A stretch of 38,674 nt of DNA from a candidate division WOR-3 bacterium (GTDB taxonomy: Bacteria > Hydrothermota > Hydrothermia > LBFQ01 > DSFT01), in assembly GCA_965649115.1 (NCBI GenBank), contig CBFGJN010000012.1:1-38674 (forward strand). Reading direction: 5' to 3'. The notes beneath the pieces are model-generated. The model made no database searches. It was given only the letters and a program-made list of their open reading frames with translations, and was not told where the DNA came from. Both the position numbers and the translations under genes were made by a program. Shown piece by piece: positions 1 through 9,678 of this stretch (the stretch's first letter is position 1; every line of letters starts with the position of its first letter).

Positions 1-1630
1 ATGTTATTTCATTTAAACCAACAATTGAATTGTTAATTGGCAATGCGATAGCAGATGGATAGAGATAACCAGTCCATATAGTATTTAAAGCAACTAATTT
101 ATTAGGGTCATTTCTCTTAAATGGACCACCATTATTTGGATTGGGTTCATAAGAAGGATATTTTGAAGATGTTATATAAATCCTAATTCTATGGTTTTTA
201 TTAAAAACATAAGCTGTGCTTCTTAACTTTATAGTAAATAGATAAATTTCGTTAGGATTTAATAGATCTTCTCTATCAACACCATTTCTATGTCTTGCTT
301 TTAAAACACCTTCACTAATTAATATACTTCTTCCATCAGGATAGACATCTGCTAATAAGACAATAAAATCAGTATCAAATCTATTTGAACTTGCATATAA
401 GTATAAAAATGGTTTTCCAATAACTGCTAATGGCTCACTTAAAATATCTGATGTAAATATCAAAACATCACTTCTATTATTTATTGGATTTAAATTTCTT
501 GGTCCAAATAATATGCTATCAGGGTTATATAGTCCAAAGAAATCAAATCCCCCAATTGTTGGAAGAGGATTATTCGGGTCATATAAATAAATTAAACTAT
601 CTTTTTGATAATTAGGATATTGGACTTTAATTGAATCTCTAAATAAAAACCAATTTTGATAGTAAGTTCCATTTGGAGGAAAATCATCTGATTCTATCCA
701 TTTATTCCACCTTGTAGTATCATTAGTTGAAAGATCTCCCATTAGGTAAAATTTTACTCTCTTTATAGGATTCCAATCACCTATTCCTTTAAGCCAATAC
801 GAAAACCAATAAAAATGATAAACCTTCAAATCTATTTTTGAATTACTTGGGAATATAAGATCTCCAACTGTATCTTTGTTTATAAAATGTATCCAAGGTC
901 CTATTATAATATATTGATAATCTCTTGCTCTTGGGCCTCCATAATTTCTTATATGATTAAATGCAGAAATTGCCCCCTCTGTAAAGGCATCAAACCAACC
1001 AGTAATATGTAGCATAGGAGCATTGAATTGATATGTTCTTAAATAACCATTTATCCAAGACCATGGGCTATTATTAGAATAAACTGCATATTTTTCTATT
1101 GTATCAAGCCACATAGTTGCATTTACTGCACTAAGCCAATTCTCAGTTATAAACTTTCTAAATTCTCCTCCATAAAATACTTCATAGTACATTGAAAAGC
1201 CAGACACTGATGGAACTGCACATGTTAAATCAAAATCTGTTCCTTCCAAGAAGTATTGAGCAAAACCGAGCGCTGAACCACCAAATGTACAAACTGAATC
1301 ATTTGACCAATGTTGATTTGTAATCCATAAAGCAATCTCTTTACCATCCTGATTTGGACCCCATCCATCATTAAGAAAAGGGCTCCTTATACCACCACTC
1401 CCCCAATATCCTCTAAGTGGATTTACCACATAAGCTAAATTATTACTAATTATTGTATTTATTGTTGAACTATCAACAAGCCCAAGTGTATCATAAGGAG
1501 TCCTCACTAAAAGCGTTGGAAACTTTTTATTAATTGTATCATCTGGGAGCCATACATAAACCTTTAAAGGTGTTCCATCTGACATTATAACATCAGTCTT
1601 AAAATGTATCCAAGTTATAAAAAATATCAT
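1..1630 (-). CDS. CocE/NonD family (peptidase S15-like) alpha/beta hydrolase, 3'-truncated by window edge
   Basis: Not in the ORF track. Manual translation from ATG at 1630: MIFFITWIHFKTDVIMSDGTPLKVYVWLP...PTLLVRTPY...GGSALG (nucleophile elbow)...HITGWFD...IGPWIH...SSKYPSYEPNPN, typical CocE/NonD motifs. Confidence 0.85.
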   Translation of the reverse strand, partial: MIFFITWIHFKTDVIMSDGTPLKVYVWLPDDTINKKFPTLLVRTPYDTLGLVDSSTINTIISNNLAYVVNPLRGYWGSGGIRSPFLNDGWGPNQDGKEIALWITNQHWSNDSVCTFGGSALGFAQYFLEGTDFDLTCAVPSVSGFSMYYEVFYGGEFRKFITENWLSAVNATMWLDTIEKYAVYSNNSPWSWINGYLRTYQFNAPMLHITGWFDAFTEGAISAFNHIRNYGGPRARDYQYIIIGPWIHFINKDTVGDLIFPSNSKIDLKVYHFYWFSYWLKGIGDWNPIKRVKFYLMGDLSTNDTTRWNKWIESDDFPPNGTYYQNWFLFRDSIKVQYPNYQKDSLIYLYDPNNPLPTIGGFDFFGLYNPDSILFGPRNLNPINNRSDVLIFTSDILSEPLAVIGKPFLYLYASSNRFDTDFIVLLADVYPDGRSILISEGVLKARHRNGVDREDLLNPNEIYLFTIKLRSTAYVFNKNHRIRIYITSSKYPSYEPNPNNGGPFKRNDPNKLVALNTIWTGYLYPSAIALPINNSIVGLNEIT

Positions 1631-1638
1631 AATTGAAA

Positions 1639-1644
1639 ATTTTA
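1639..1644 (-). promoter_or_regulatory. -10 box (CTT-TAAAAT-TT), 8 nt upstream of ATG 1630
   Basis: Minus strand gctt TAAAAT tttcaatt ATG; same motif precedes most operon-initial genes in the window. Confidence 0.6.
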
Positions 1645-1665
1645 AAGCTATTTCTTATTTCAATC

Positions 1666-1829
1666 TGCTGTGTCTAGTAATTCTAAAAATATAATTATTT
1701 CTATATTTTCCCCACCCACCCTATATTTAAGCCTTCGGCTTATAAATACCCGTTTAAATCTATAATTTCCTCAAAGCTTTTATAAGTTATTGATAATCAA
1801 GGATTTAACAATAATTATTGGACAAAGCA
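1666..1829 (-). mobile_element. Intergenic repeat family copy (MITE-like, both TIRs, double IHF-like site + hairpin/G-tract module)
   Basis: Ends TGCTGTGTCTAGTAATT / AATTATTGGACAAAGCA (14/17 inverted match); 1756-1829 is the exact 74-bp reverse complement of 17197-17270; TAAGCCTTCGGCTTA at 1728-1742; CCCCACCCACCCT at 1710-1722; extra lone TIR at 1839-1851. Confidence 0.75.
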
Positions 1830-1886
1830 CTCGTTATATGCTGTGTCTAGTGATAAAGAACCCCTTTTTCTCTATATTCTTCTTTT

Positions 1887-3353
1887 TTATCCTACGCTTC
1901 CTTCCATTTCAAGTTCAATTAATCTATTTAACTCAATGGCGTATTCCATCGGTAATTCTTTTGATAGTGGCTCTATAAATCCCATTACTATCATAGTTGT
2001 TGCTTCTTTCTCTGATAAGCCTCTACTCATTAGGTAAAATATTTGCTCTTCGCCTATCTTACCGACTTTTGCTTCATGTGCTATATTTACTCTATCAGCT
2101 TCAATTTCAATATATGGATAAGTATTGCTTGTTGAATAATCATCCATAATTAAAGCATCGCAGGAAACTGAAATTTTAGCATTTTCTCCGTTTTTATGAA
2201 CTTGGACAAGCCCTCTATAAGTAGAAATTCCACCACCTTTTGATATACTTTTTGAGGTTATTGTTGCTTTACAATTTGGAGCCATTATAATAACTTTTCC
2301 ACCTGTATCATGCCACATTCCAGTATTAGCAAAACTCATAGATAAAATATCTGCTCTTGCATTTTCTCCAACTAATATAGCACTTGGATACTTCATATTT
2401 CTTCCACTTCCAAGCTCTCCTGAGATCCATTCCATAAAACCATTTTTATAAACTTTTGCTCTTTTTGTTACGAGATTTAAAACATTTCTTGACCAATTTT
2501 GGATAGTTGTATATCTAACATGTGCTCCTTCTTTAACAATCACTTCAACAACTGCTGCGTGAAGTGTGTGAGTGTCGTAAATTGGGGCTGTACATCCTTC
2601 AATGTAATGAACATAAGAACCTTCTTCCGCAATAATTAAGGTTCTTTCAAATTGTCCAAATCTTTCATAATTTATTCTAAAATATGCTTGAAGTGGTATA
2701 TCTACTTTAACACCTTTTGGAACATATACAAAAGAACCACCTGACCAAACTGCTGTATTTAGAGCAGCAAATTTATTATCACTTGCAGGCACAACAGTTC
2801 CAAAGTATTCTTTTACTATTTCTGGATATTTCTTTAATGCTTCGTCCATTGATAAAAATATGACACCTTTTTCTTCTAAATCTTTTCTTATATTTGAATA
2901 AACTACTTCTGAATCGTATTGAGCCTCAACACCTCCAAGGTATTTTCTTTCTGCTTCTGGTATTCCAAGTTTTTCATAAGTTCTTCTTATATATTCTGGT
3001 ACTTCATCCCAACTTTTAGCAATTTTACTTGTTGGTCTTACATAATAAACAATTTCATCAAAATTTATATCATCAAGTTTAACACCCCAATTGGGAATAG
3101 GCTTTTTAAGAAATATCTCATAAGCTTTAAGCCTTATTTCTGTCATCCATTCGGGTTCATTTTTAAGTTTTGAGATAAGAATGATTTTTTCAGGACTTAA
3201 TCCAGGTTCGCTTACAAATTCATATACAGCATCTTCATCTTTAAATCCATATTTACTATAATCAATATCTAATTGGAATTCATCTTCTTTTATAACTTTC
3301 CTTTCTGCTGGTGCAATTTCTAAAACTTCCTCTTCTATTCTTATTTTCTCCAT
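1887..3353 (-). CDS. sufB: Fe-S cluster assembly protein SufB
   Basis: 488 aa with [54 protein letters not shown] motifs. Confidence 0.96.
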   Translation of the reverse strand: MEKIRIEEEVLEIAPAERKVIKEDEFQLDIDYSKYGFKDEDAVYEFVSEPGLSPEKIILISKLKNEPEWMTEIRLKAYEIFLKKPIPNWGVKLDDINFDEIVYYVRPTSKIAKSWDEVPEYIRRTYEKLGIPEAERKYLGGVEAQYDSEVVYSNIRKDLEEKGVIFLSMDEALKKYPEIVKEYFGTVVPASDNKFAALNTAVWSGGSFVYVPKGVKVDIPLQAYFRINYERFGQFERTLIIAEEGSYVHYIEGCTAPIYDTHTLHAAVVEVIVKEGAHVRYTTIQNWSRNVLNLVTKRAKVYKNGFMEWISGELGSGRNMKYPSAILVGENARADILSMSFANTGMWHDTGGKVIIMAPNCKATITSKSISKGGGISTYRGLVQVHKNGENAKISVSCDALIMDDYSTSNTYPYIEIEADRVNIAHEAKVGKIGEEQIFYLMSRGLSEKEATTMIVMGFIEPLSKELPMEYAIELNRLIELEMEGSVG

Positions 3354-3357
3354 AGCT

Positions 3358-3777
3358 TCAACCTCCTATGTTTTTTAGGATTTTTTTTAGCTCATCTCTA
3401 TGTTTTGATTCATCAACAATTATGTTTTCTAATTGAACTTTAATATCAATTTGATTGTGTTTTTGAGCTAATTCTATGTGTTTTTTATATCTTTCAATTG
3501 TTTCTTCTTCTGCTTTTAGTAATTCTTCAATCATTTCCTTTGGATTTTCTACTAATTTGAAAGGTTTTGGAGTAATTATAGGTTTTCCACCAAGTGCTGT
3601 TATTTTATCTGCTAAAAATTTAGCATGTTCTAATTCATCATTAACTTCATTTATAAAGAATTCTTTAAGTTCAATTCTACTTAAACCACTAATAAGAGCA
3701 GAATAAGTTATATATTGAATGATGGCACTATACTCAAATGCAAGGTCTTCATTTAATGCGTTTATTAATTCTTCCAT
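3358..3777 (-). CDS. Ferritin-like / bacterioferritin-family diiron protein
   Basis: 139 aa four-helix pattern with [20 protein letters not shown] diiron ligands. Confidence 0.85.
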   Translation of the reverse strand: MEELINALNEDLAFEYSAIIQYITYSALISGLSRIELKEFFINEVNDELEHAKFLADKITALGGKPIITPKPFKLVENPKEMIEELLKAEEETIERYKKHIELAQKHNQIDIKVQLENIIVDESKHRDELKKILKNIGG

Positions 3778-4547
3778 GTTGTAACCTCCTCTTTTTCTTC
3801 TATTCCATATTTTGAATAGCCTTCTTTTTCAAGCTCCTCTGCAAGTTTATAATCTCCTTTATCAACAATTTTACCATCAATTAAAACATAAACATAATCA
3901 GGTCTGATGTAATTTAAAATTCTTTGATAATGTGTTATTATTAAAACGCCCATGTTATTTTCCTTAACTAATCTATTTACATTTTCTGAAACAATTCTAA
4001 CTGCATCTATGTCAAGTCCTGAATCAATTTCATCTAAAATTGCTATTTCTGGTTTTAAAACTGCCATTTGAACAATTTCGGTTCTTTTCTTTTCACCCCC
4101 TGAAAAGCCAACATTTAGAAATCTATCTATCATATCTTCTTTCATTCCTGCATTTATAAGAGCATTTTTTAATTCTTTTCTAAATTCAATTATGTTTGGT
4201 TTTTTATCCGAATTTTCAAATTTTTTAACATAACTTTGCCATAAAAATGTTGAAAGTCTTACACCATCTATTTCAAGTGGATGTTGAAATGCTAAAAATA
4301 AACCCAATTTTGCCCTTTCATCAGGAGAAAGTTCTAATATATTTTTATCTTTATATATTACCTCTCCTTCTATAATTTCATATTTCGGATGACCCATTAA
4401 AGCATAAGCAAGCGTAGACTTTCCACTTCCATTTGGACCCATAATTGCATGAATTTCACCCCTTTTAATTTCAAGTGAAATTCCTTTTAAAATCTCTTTT
4501 CCTTCTATTCCAACTCTAAGGTTCTTTATTATAAGTTTTTCTGTCAT
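3765..4547 (-). CDS. sufC: Fe-S cluster assembly ATPase SufC
   Basis: Walker A GPNGSGKST, LFLAFQHP, NVGFSGGEKKR, ILDEIDSGLDIDA, ITHYQRIL. Confidence 0.96.
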   Translation of the reverse strand: MTEKLIIKNLRVGIEGKEILKGISLEIKRGEIHAIMGPNGSGKSTLAYALMGHPKYEIIEGEVIYKDKNILELSPDERAKLGLFLAFQHPLEIDGVRLSTFLWQSYVKKFENSDKKPNIIEFRKELKNALINAGMKEDMIDRFLNVGFSGGEKKRTEIVQMAVLKPEIAILDEIDSGLDIDAVRIVSENVNRLVKENNMGVLIITHYQRILNYIRPDYVYVLIDGKIVDKGDYKLAEELEKEGYSKYGIEEKEEVTTWKN

Positions 4548-4554
4548 ATTGAAA

Positions 4555-4560
4555 ATTTTA
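4555..4560 (-). promoter_or_regulatory. -10 box 7 nt upstream of sufC ATG
   Basis: Minus strand gctt TAAAAT tttcaat ATG, no Shine-Dalgarno. Confidence 0.6.
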
Positions 4561-4566
4561 AAGCAT

Positions 4567-4593
4567 AATTTCTGACTTAAAAAGTAAGAAATT
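4567..4593. promoter_or_regulatory. 12-3-12 inverted repeat, candidate operator of the suf operon
   Basis: AATTTCTGACTT-aaa-AAGTAAGAAATT (11/12 match) covering the expected -35 region of the sufC promoter. Confidence 0.45.
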
Positions 4594-4603
4594 TCTGATT
4601 AGG

Positions 4604-4710
4604 ATATTTTTTCCCACCCACCCTATGAAATAAGCCTTCGGCTTAAAAATGCCCGTATTTCGGCAGGGGGCTGACACCCCCATATTAAACCCCCAATAAA
4701 ATCAATAATT
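4604..4710 (-). repeat. Intergenic repeat family copy (internal modules only, TIRs not recognisable)
   Basis: CCCACCCACCCT 4613-4624, TAAGCCTTCGGCTTA 4631-4645, CCC 4652-4654, GGGGG-ctgaca-CCCCC hairpin, CCCCCAATAAAATCAATAATT; boundaries approximate. Confidence 0.75.
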
Positions 4711-4774
4711 AGACTTTTCCCCTTTAAGCTGTACCCCCCCATTTCTCTTAATAATGAACTTTAAACTTTTAAAA

Positions 4775-5521
4775 ATGAGAAAAATTCTTTTATTTTTATT
4801 TCTATTTGCTTGTTCCGATAGTGGCCTTCCATCTAATCCTAAAATTTCAAAACTTCAATCATATTCCAACGGTGATAGTTTAATAATTTATTGGAATCCA
4901 ATAGAAGGAGCTGATTATTATAGGGTTTATAATGACAATAATTTATTATATGAGGGAAAAGATACAAATGCTGTTCTTGGTTATACCAAGACTTTCAAAA
5001 TTGAGGCAGTTGGTTTAAATGATAAGGTTAGTACATCTTATAATTTAGATAATGCATTTTATCAGGACTCAATATATTTAATTCCTCAAACTGAAGCATT
5101 AATTTTTGAGTTTCCAAAATTACTTGTTAGCTCAATAAATGATACCACAAAATTTCAAAAATTTGCTATATTTTTAGCACAAGACACTTCAAAAATAAAC
5201 AAACCAAAGTTTAACAAGGATTCTTTGAAAATTTATTCTGCAAGCTTATTTTTTAATAAACTTTCAAGACATAAAATATCATTTTACAATAATGAAAATA
5301 TTATTCCATTTCCAAGTAGTGATAGCTTAAAGTTGGAATTTAAGAAAAATTATATTCTTTACTTTAATCCCGATACGATTGGTTGGGATAATCAAAATGA
5401 TTATTTTATAAAATTTAGCATTGATACAATTGTTTTTTCAGTTGATAGTTTAAATGATACAACATATAGAGTAAAGGTGAATTACAAAGTTAGGACAATA
5501 AGTGGTTTAAGGTGGTTTTGA
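4775..5521 (+). CDS. Hypothetical lipoprotein (fibronectin-III-like N-terminal stretch)
   Basis: Start moved from 4754 to ATG 4775: MRKILLFLFLFAC is a lipoprotein signal, preceded by ctt TAAACT + 7 nt; WNPIEGADYYRVY resembles FN3. Confidence 0.75.
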   Translation: MRKILLFLFLFACSDSGLPSNPKISKLQSYSNGDSLIIYWNPIEGADYYRVYNDNNLLYEGKDTNAVLGYTKTFKIEAVGLNDKVSTSYNLDNAFYQDSIYLIPQTEALIFEFPKLLVSSINDTTKFQKFAIFLAQDTSKINKPKFNKDSLKIYSASLFFNKLSRHKISFYNNENIIPFPSSDSLKLEFKKNYILYFNPDTIGWDNQNDYFIKFSIDTIVFSVDSLNDTTYRVKVNYKVRTISGLRWF

Positions 5522-5793
5522 AAAATCTAAAATTTTTTATTTTCATCTTAATTATTGGTCTTCTTGGAATTTTAAATGTTTGGATAAATAATATCGTTTA
5601 TATAAAAGCAAGGAAAATTGATGAACTTAAAGACGAACGAGACATATGGTATATAAAATATATGAATTCAATAAGTGATTATTACAAAAGGAGATGGAAT
5701 TATGAAGTTAAGGATAGTTTTAATACTTCTATTTTTGATAGCTTGGTATCTGATAGCAATAATAAAGTTGTTCCAAATTCAAATTCTAGATAA
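5512..5793 (+). CDS. Small bitopic membrane protein, FtsL-like
   Basis: One N-terminal TM helix followed by coiled-coil-like segment, directly upstream of and overlapping a class B PBP. Confidence 0.5.
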   Translation: MVLKNLKFFIFILIIGLLGILNVWINNIVYIKARKIDELKDERDIWYIKYMNSISDYYKRRWNYEVKDSFNTSIFDSLVSDSNNKVVPNSNSR

Positions 5794-7261
5794 CAAATAC
5801 AAACAGATAGCTAATCAGCAATTTATTTTAAGAATTCAAAGATTTCCAAAGAGAGGAACAATTTACGATAGGAATTTAAGACCCATTGCTTATAGCATTC
5901 CAAGACTTCAGGTTTATCAATATCTAAAAGATGCAGTTGATTATTATGGAATTTTAAATGCTTTTAAACATGAAAGTTTAGAAAACAATAATAATTATCC
6001 AAAATTAATTTCAAAAGATGTTCCTATTGAATATAAAAAATTCATTTTATCACCAAAACAAAAAGGATTTTTTGCAATTAAGTATTATAAAAGGATTTAT
6101 CCATTTTATGAAATTTCACAAAATGTTTTAGGATTTGTAATAGATACAATTGGAATGGAAGGTTTAGAAAAGGCAGTTGATAATTACTTAAAAGGTTATA
6201 GTGGTTATGAAGAAATTTTCCAAAGTGCTGATGGTAAAAGGTTTTTTCTTCCGAGAGGAAGTAAGAATGAGCCTAAGAATGGTTTAGATATTATTACAAC
6301 CTTAGATATGAGAATTCAAGAAATTGCTTATAGGAATTTAAGAAAAGGTGTTATTTCTGAAAATGCCAATTGGGGTTTTGTTATTGTTTTAAATCCTAAA
6401 ACTGGTGAGATATTAGCAATGGTTAATTATCCTAATAGTTATAAAAATTATGCTATTCAACTAATGTTTGAGCCTGGTTCAACATTTAAAATTTTTACAT
6501 TCGCAAAAGCTATTGAATTAAATTTAATAAGTGATAGTGATAGTGTTTTCGTTAATAAGGAAGGAATAATAATTGATAATCATAGGATTAAGAATGTTGA
6601 AAAAACGCAAGGTTATATAACATACAAAAAAGCTTTAAGTTATTCAATAAATTCTGTATTTGCTGAAATTGGAGTTAAGCTTGGAGGCATTCAATTATTT
6701 GAAATAGCAAGAAGATTGGGGTTTGGTATAAAGACTGATGTGTTATTGAATGGGGAAACGAATGGGATATTAAAAAGAAGATTTAGAAATATAGATATTG
6801 CAAATTTTGCTATTGGACAAGGATTTTCAATAAATGGACTTCAAATGGCTATGGCTTATAGTTGTATAGCAAATGGAGGTTATCTACTTGCCCCAAAAAT
6901 CGTTCTGAAAATAGGAGATAGTCTTTATAATAAGCCATATGTTATTAGAAAGTGCTTTTCAAAAAAAATTACAGAAAAATTAAAAGAATTTTTAATTGAT
7001 GTTGTAGAAAATGGTTCTGGAAAACTTGCTAAAATTGAAGGTTTAAAAATTGCTGGAAAAACAGGAACATCTCAAAAATTTATAAATGGTAGTTATAGTG
7101 ATGATAAAGTTATAACATCATTTATTGGCTTTTTCCCAGCAGATGACCCAGATTATTTAATTTATGTAGTTCTTGATGAACCAAAGAAAAACAAATTTGG
7201 GGGCACATCAGCAGCCCCCATATTTAGGAACATTGTTCTTGAAATTATTCAGAAGATTTAA
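5702..7261 (+). CDS. ftsI: Class B penicillin-binding protein (FtsI/PBP3-like transpeptidase)
   Basis: RGTIYDRN, RIYP, GMEGLE, EPGSTFK (SxxK), YSINS (SxN), AGKTGT; start placed at ATG 5702 (MKLRIVL) after AAGGAG. Confidence 0.85.
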   Translation: MKLRIVLILLFLIAWYLIAIIKLFQIQILDNKYKQIANQQFILRIQRFPKRGTIYDRNLRPIAYSIPRLQVYQYLKDAVDYYGILNAFKHESLENNNNYPKLISKDVPIEYKKFILSPKQKGFFAIKYYKRIYPFYEISQNVLGFVIDTIGMEGLEKAVDNYLKGYSGYEEIFQSADGKRFFLPRGSKNEPKNGLDIITTLDMRIQEIAYRNLRKGVISENANWGFVIVLNPKTGEILAMVNYPNSYKNYAIQLMFEPGSTFKIFTFAKAIELNLISDSDSVFVNKEGIIIDNHRIKNVEKTQGYITYKKALSYSINSVFAEIGVKLGGIQLFEIARRLGFGIKTDVLLNGETNGILKRRFRNIDIANFAIGQGFSINGLQMAMAYSCIANGGYLLAPKIVLKIGDSLYNKPYVIRKCFSKKITEKLKEFLIDVVENGSGKLAKIEGLKIAGKTGTSQKFINGSYSDDKVITSFIGFFPADDPDYLIYVVLDEPKKNKFGGTSAAPIFRNIVLEIIQKI

Positions 7262-7460
7262 TATGAACTTCTTCTGCTTGAAAGTTTATTTTTGAATGAG
7301 TACCATCACAAAAGGGTTTATTGTTTGAACCTCCACACCTACAAAGATAGATTACATTTTTATTTATTTTTTCTTCCTTGCCATCTCTTTCAATAATGAA
7401 ATTTCCGTTTTCAATCTCAACTTTATATGGACCGTTTTTAAGTGGTGTTATCTTGAACAT
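7245..7460 (-). CDS. CDGSH iron-sulfur domain protein
   Basis: LCRCGGSNNKPFCDGTH motif and N-terminal NGPY. Confidence 0.93.
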   Translation of the reverse strand: MFKITPLKNGPYKVEIENGNFIIERDGKEEKINKNVIYLCRCGGSNNKPFCDGTHSKINFQAEEVHIKSSE

Positions 7461-7557
7461 ATTGAAATTTTAAAGTAAAAAATTAAACCTTATGGAATTT
7501 GCTTTGTCCAATAAGTAATTTAAATAATTGATTTTATTTTAGGGGGCTTAGCCCCCT
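7461..7557. repeat. Direct repeat, left copy (97 bp) flanking the RM cassette; contains -10 box (7467-7472, minus), a repeat-family TIR and the AGGGGGC-TTA-GCCCCCT hairpin
   Basis: 96/97 identical to 9679-9775 (single difference g7501/a9719). Confidence 0.93.
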
Positions 7558-7705
7558 ACCGAAAAAAGCATATAGAATTTAGTTATTAAGCACTTTTTCA
7601 GCTACAAGGAATTTAAAATTTGCATATGAATTGCTATGTAGAGCGATTAAATTGAAATTTTATTACAAAAAACAAAAAATGTTCTGTTTGTCTAATGTTT
7701 TTTCA

Positions 7706-8584
7706 TCATTTTGTTTTAAAACTATAATACTCACTTAATCTATCAGTTAATAAATTTGCTAATTGATTGTAAGGTTTAGTATGTTGGTTTTTGAAATATT
7801 CTAATAAAAGTTGTAGTGTAGTTCCTTCTCTAAATATTGCTTTCATTATTCCTTCTTTCCAAAGTATTTCATTTTCAAGAATCTTTCGCCAGGTTCTTAA
7901 TTCTAAATTTTTGATCTCTTCAAAACTCTCTTTGGGAGAGCTATCAAAATTTATTTCTGGCAAATCAGGTAAATTGTCTTTCCATCTTTTTAACCAAATA
8001 AGCATATTCTCCCAAATCTCGGGCCTTTTTAGATAATCAAATAATTCTTTGCCATAGAAAAGATAGAGTTTCACTCCATAAAATTCTTCAAGTCTCTTTA
8101 GTTCTTGAAAATAATAATTCTTATTTTTTGAAAGATCGGGGTCAATGAAATACATAATACCAACCAAGCTTGAGCCGTGTTTCTTATGCAAAATTTCAAG
8201 CTTTGTTTCAAAATTAGATACCTGCCCTCGCTTTTTTGTAGAGTCGTGATCGTCTCTTACTTTTTGCTCAATGAAATAATATATTTGCCCATCTGTGAAA
8301 TACTGATCCAATAATAACTTTTTGCCACTTTCATCTATTATGCTTTTAGCCAAAATTTTAAAACCGAGAGACCTTATTATTTCTTCTACGATTTCTTCAA
8401 GAGCATCACCCATACGAATTTCATGAGATTGAAGTAAATGTTGTAATATCTTTGCGTTAGGTTTTGTCGGTCTAAATAAACCTATAAAGCGCTCGGGTTT
8501 ATCAGCTATTCTTCTTAGTAGCTCTTTCTTTTCACCTTCAAATATATGCTTGTTTAAAATAGTGCAGAATTTTTCATAGTTCAT
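7706..8584 (-). CDS. Type II restriction endonuclease, HpyAIV-like family
   Basis: PERFIGLFRPTKP, QSHEIRMGDALE, DQYF...FIEQKVRDDHDSTKKRGQ (PD-(D/E)xK-type core); 4-nt overlap with MTase. Confidence 0.8.
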   Translation of the reverse strand: MNYEKFCTILNKHIFEGEKKELLRRIADKPERFIGLFRPTKPNAKILQHLLQSHEIRMGDALEEIVEEIIRSLGFKILAKSIIDESGKKLLLDQYFTDGQIYYFIEQKVRDDHDSTKKRGQVSNFETKLEILHKKHGSSLVGIMYFIDPDLSKNKNYYFQELKRLEEFYGVKLYLFYGKELFDYLKRPEIWENMLIWLKRWKDNLPDLPEINFDSSPKESFEEIKNLELRTWRKILENEILWKEGIMKAIFREGTTLQLLLEYFKNQHTKPYNQLANLLTDRLSEYYSFKTK

Positions 8585-9504
8585 TTTAACTCCTCCAAGT
8601 TCAAGTGTTTTTCTATATTTTTCTTATTTAATAGTAGATGGTCTGTTATTTTCAGTGGATGTTTAAATCTTTCTTCTATTGCTTTTACATACTTAGGATT
8701 AATTTCAATCATCACAAAATCTCTTTTTAATGCTTGAGCAACATATCCGGTAGTTCCACTCCCTGCCATAGGATCTAAAATTAAATCTCCTTCTTTCGTA
8801 GATGTCAATATAACTCTTTTAAGAAGTTCAATTGGTTTTTGAGTAGAGTGAATTTTTTTACCTTCTTCATCTTTTAATCTTTCCTTCCCTTGACAAATAG
8901 GAAGAACCCAAACATTTGATCCTACTTTTCCGATACCAAAAGATTTTGCATACTCTTTATTGAATGTATATTTTTTACACTTTTTGTCTTTTACAGCCCA
9001 TATAAGGGTCTCCGTAGCATTTGTAAAGCGAACACCTAACCAATTTGGCATAGGATTTGTTTTCACCCAAATTACATCATTGAGAATCCAAAATCCTAAA
9101 TCCTGCATTATTTTTCCTATCCTAAAAATACTATGATATGTGGAAATAACCCATATTGTAGCAGTAGGTTTCATTACCCTTTTCACTTCAGTAAGAAGCA
9201 GTTTGATAAAATCATCGTATTCCTGAAACGAAGAAAATTTATCCCAGTCATCAGTTACTCCCTCCACCACTGTTTTCACTTTCCATCGTTTTAACTCTTT
9301 TTTTGGCAATTGCAGGAAATAAGGTGGGTCAATAAAAACCATATCAAAAACTTCACTATCTATCTTTTTAAGCACTTTAAAGGCATCTCCTAAAATAACT
9401 TTGTTCTTAATCTCATCTAAAAGATATTTCTGCTTCTCTTCTTTGTCATATACGACAAGGTTCATACTATCATTTAAATTATTTTTAAATAAACTCATTT
9501 GCAT
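8581..9504 (-). CDS. Beta-class N6-adenine DNA methyltransferase, M.HinfI/CcrM/M.HpyAIV-like
   Basis: DPPY before motif I (LDPMAGSGTT); DDWDKF, YHSIFRIG, FWILNDVIWVKTNPMPN, RFTNATETLIWA, HSTQKP. Confidence 0.93.
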   Translation of the reverse strand: MQMSLFKNNLNDSMNLVVYDKEEKQKYLLDEIKNKVILGDAFKVLKKIDSEVFDMVFIDPPYFLQLPKKELKRWKVKTVVEGVTDDWDKFSSFQEYDDFIKLLLTEVKRVMKPTATIWVISTYHSIFRIGKIMQDLGFWILNDVIWVKTNPMPNWLGVRFTNATETLIWAVKDKKCKKYTFNKEYAKSFGIGKVGSNVWVLPICQGKERLKDEEGKKIHSTQKPIELLKRVILTSTKEGDLILDPMAGSGTTGYVAQALKRDFVMIEINPKYVKAIEERFKHPLKITDHLLLNKKNIEKHLNLEELK

Positions 9505-9677
9505 ATTTTTGTGTAATACTGAACACTATTTACCCAGTAGAGTTTTAACTCTTCACCATTGTAAGGTATAGCATATCTATGCCCCCTTATAGAATAGCGA
9601 TACTGCGGAATAAAATCACCTTCTTCGTAGTACCCCTCAAAATATGGATCTTTTTTGAGAGTTATTATCCTAAACAT
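9495..9677 (-). pseudogene. Chimeric 60-codon ORF: duplicated CDGSH 5' end fused to a fragment resembling a large type III Mod-like methyltransferase
   Basis: MFRIITLKKDPY vs CDGSH MFKITPLKNGPY (28/36 nt identical); YYEEGDFIPQYRY...YAIPYNGEELKLYWVNSVQYYTK recalls the YAIPYNGEEV.L.WAN.DQYY.K segment of such methylases (from memory, not searched). Confidence 0.6.
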
Positions 9678-9678
9678 A

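Noticed and set aside
1790..2037. Short plus-strand ORFs (62 and 64 aa) and other antisense or alternate-frame ORFs in the track (e.g. 2919, 3476, 7791, 10055, 11779, 12136, 12767, 13141, 14024, 19453, 20284, 24013, 25012, 37063)
   Set aside because: Shadow frames of well-supported genes or of the repeat, with low-complexity F/I/S/L composition and no motifs
7541..7557. GGGGGC-TTA-GCCCCC and AAGCC-GAA-GGCTT hairpins as intrinsic terminators
   Set aside because: No consistent 3' U-tract in the transcribed direction, and several lie between divergent genes
7706..9504. Avoidance of GANTC sites as support for RM specificity
   Set aside because: GAATC/GATTC sites are readily seen in the window and I could not compute expected counts, so no claim is made
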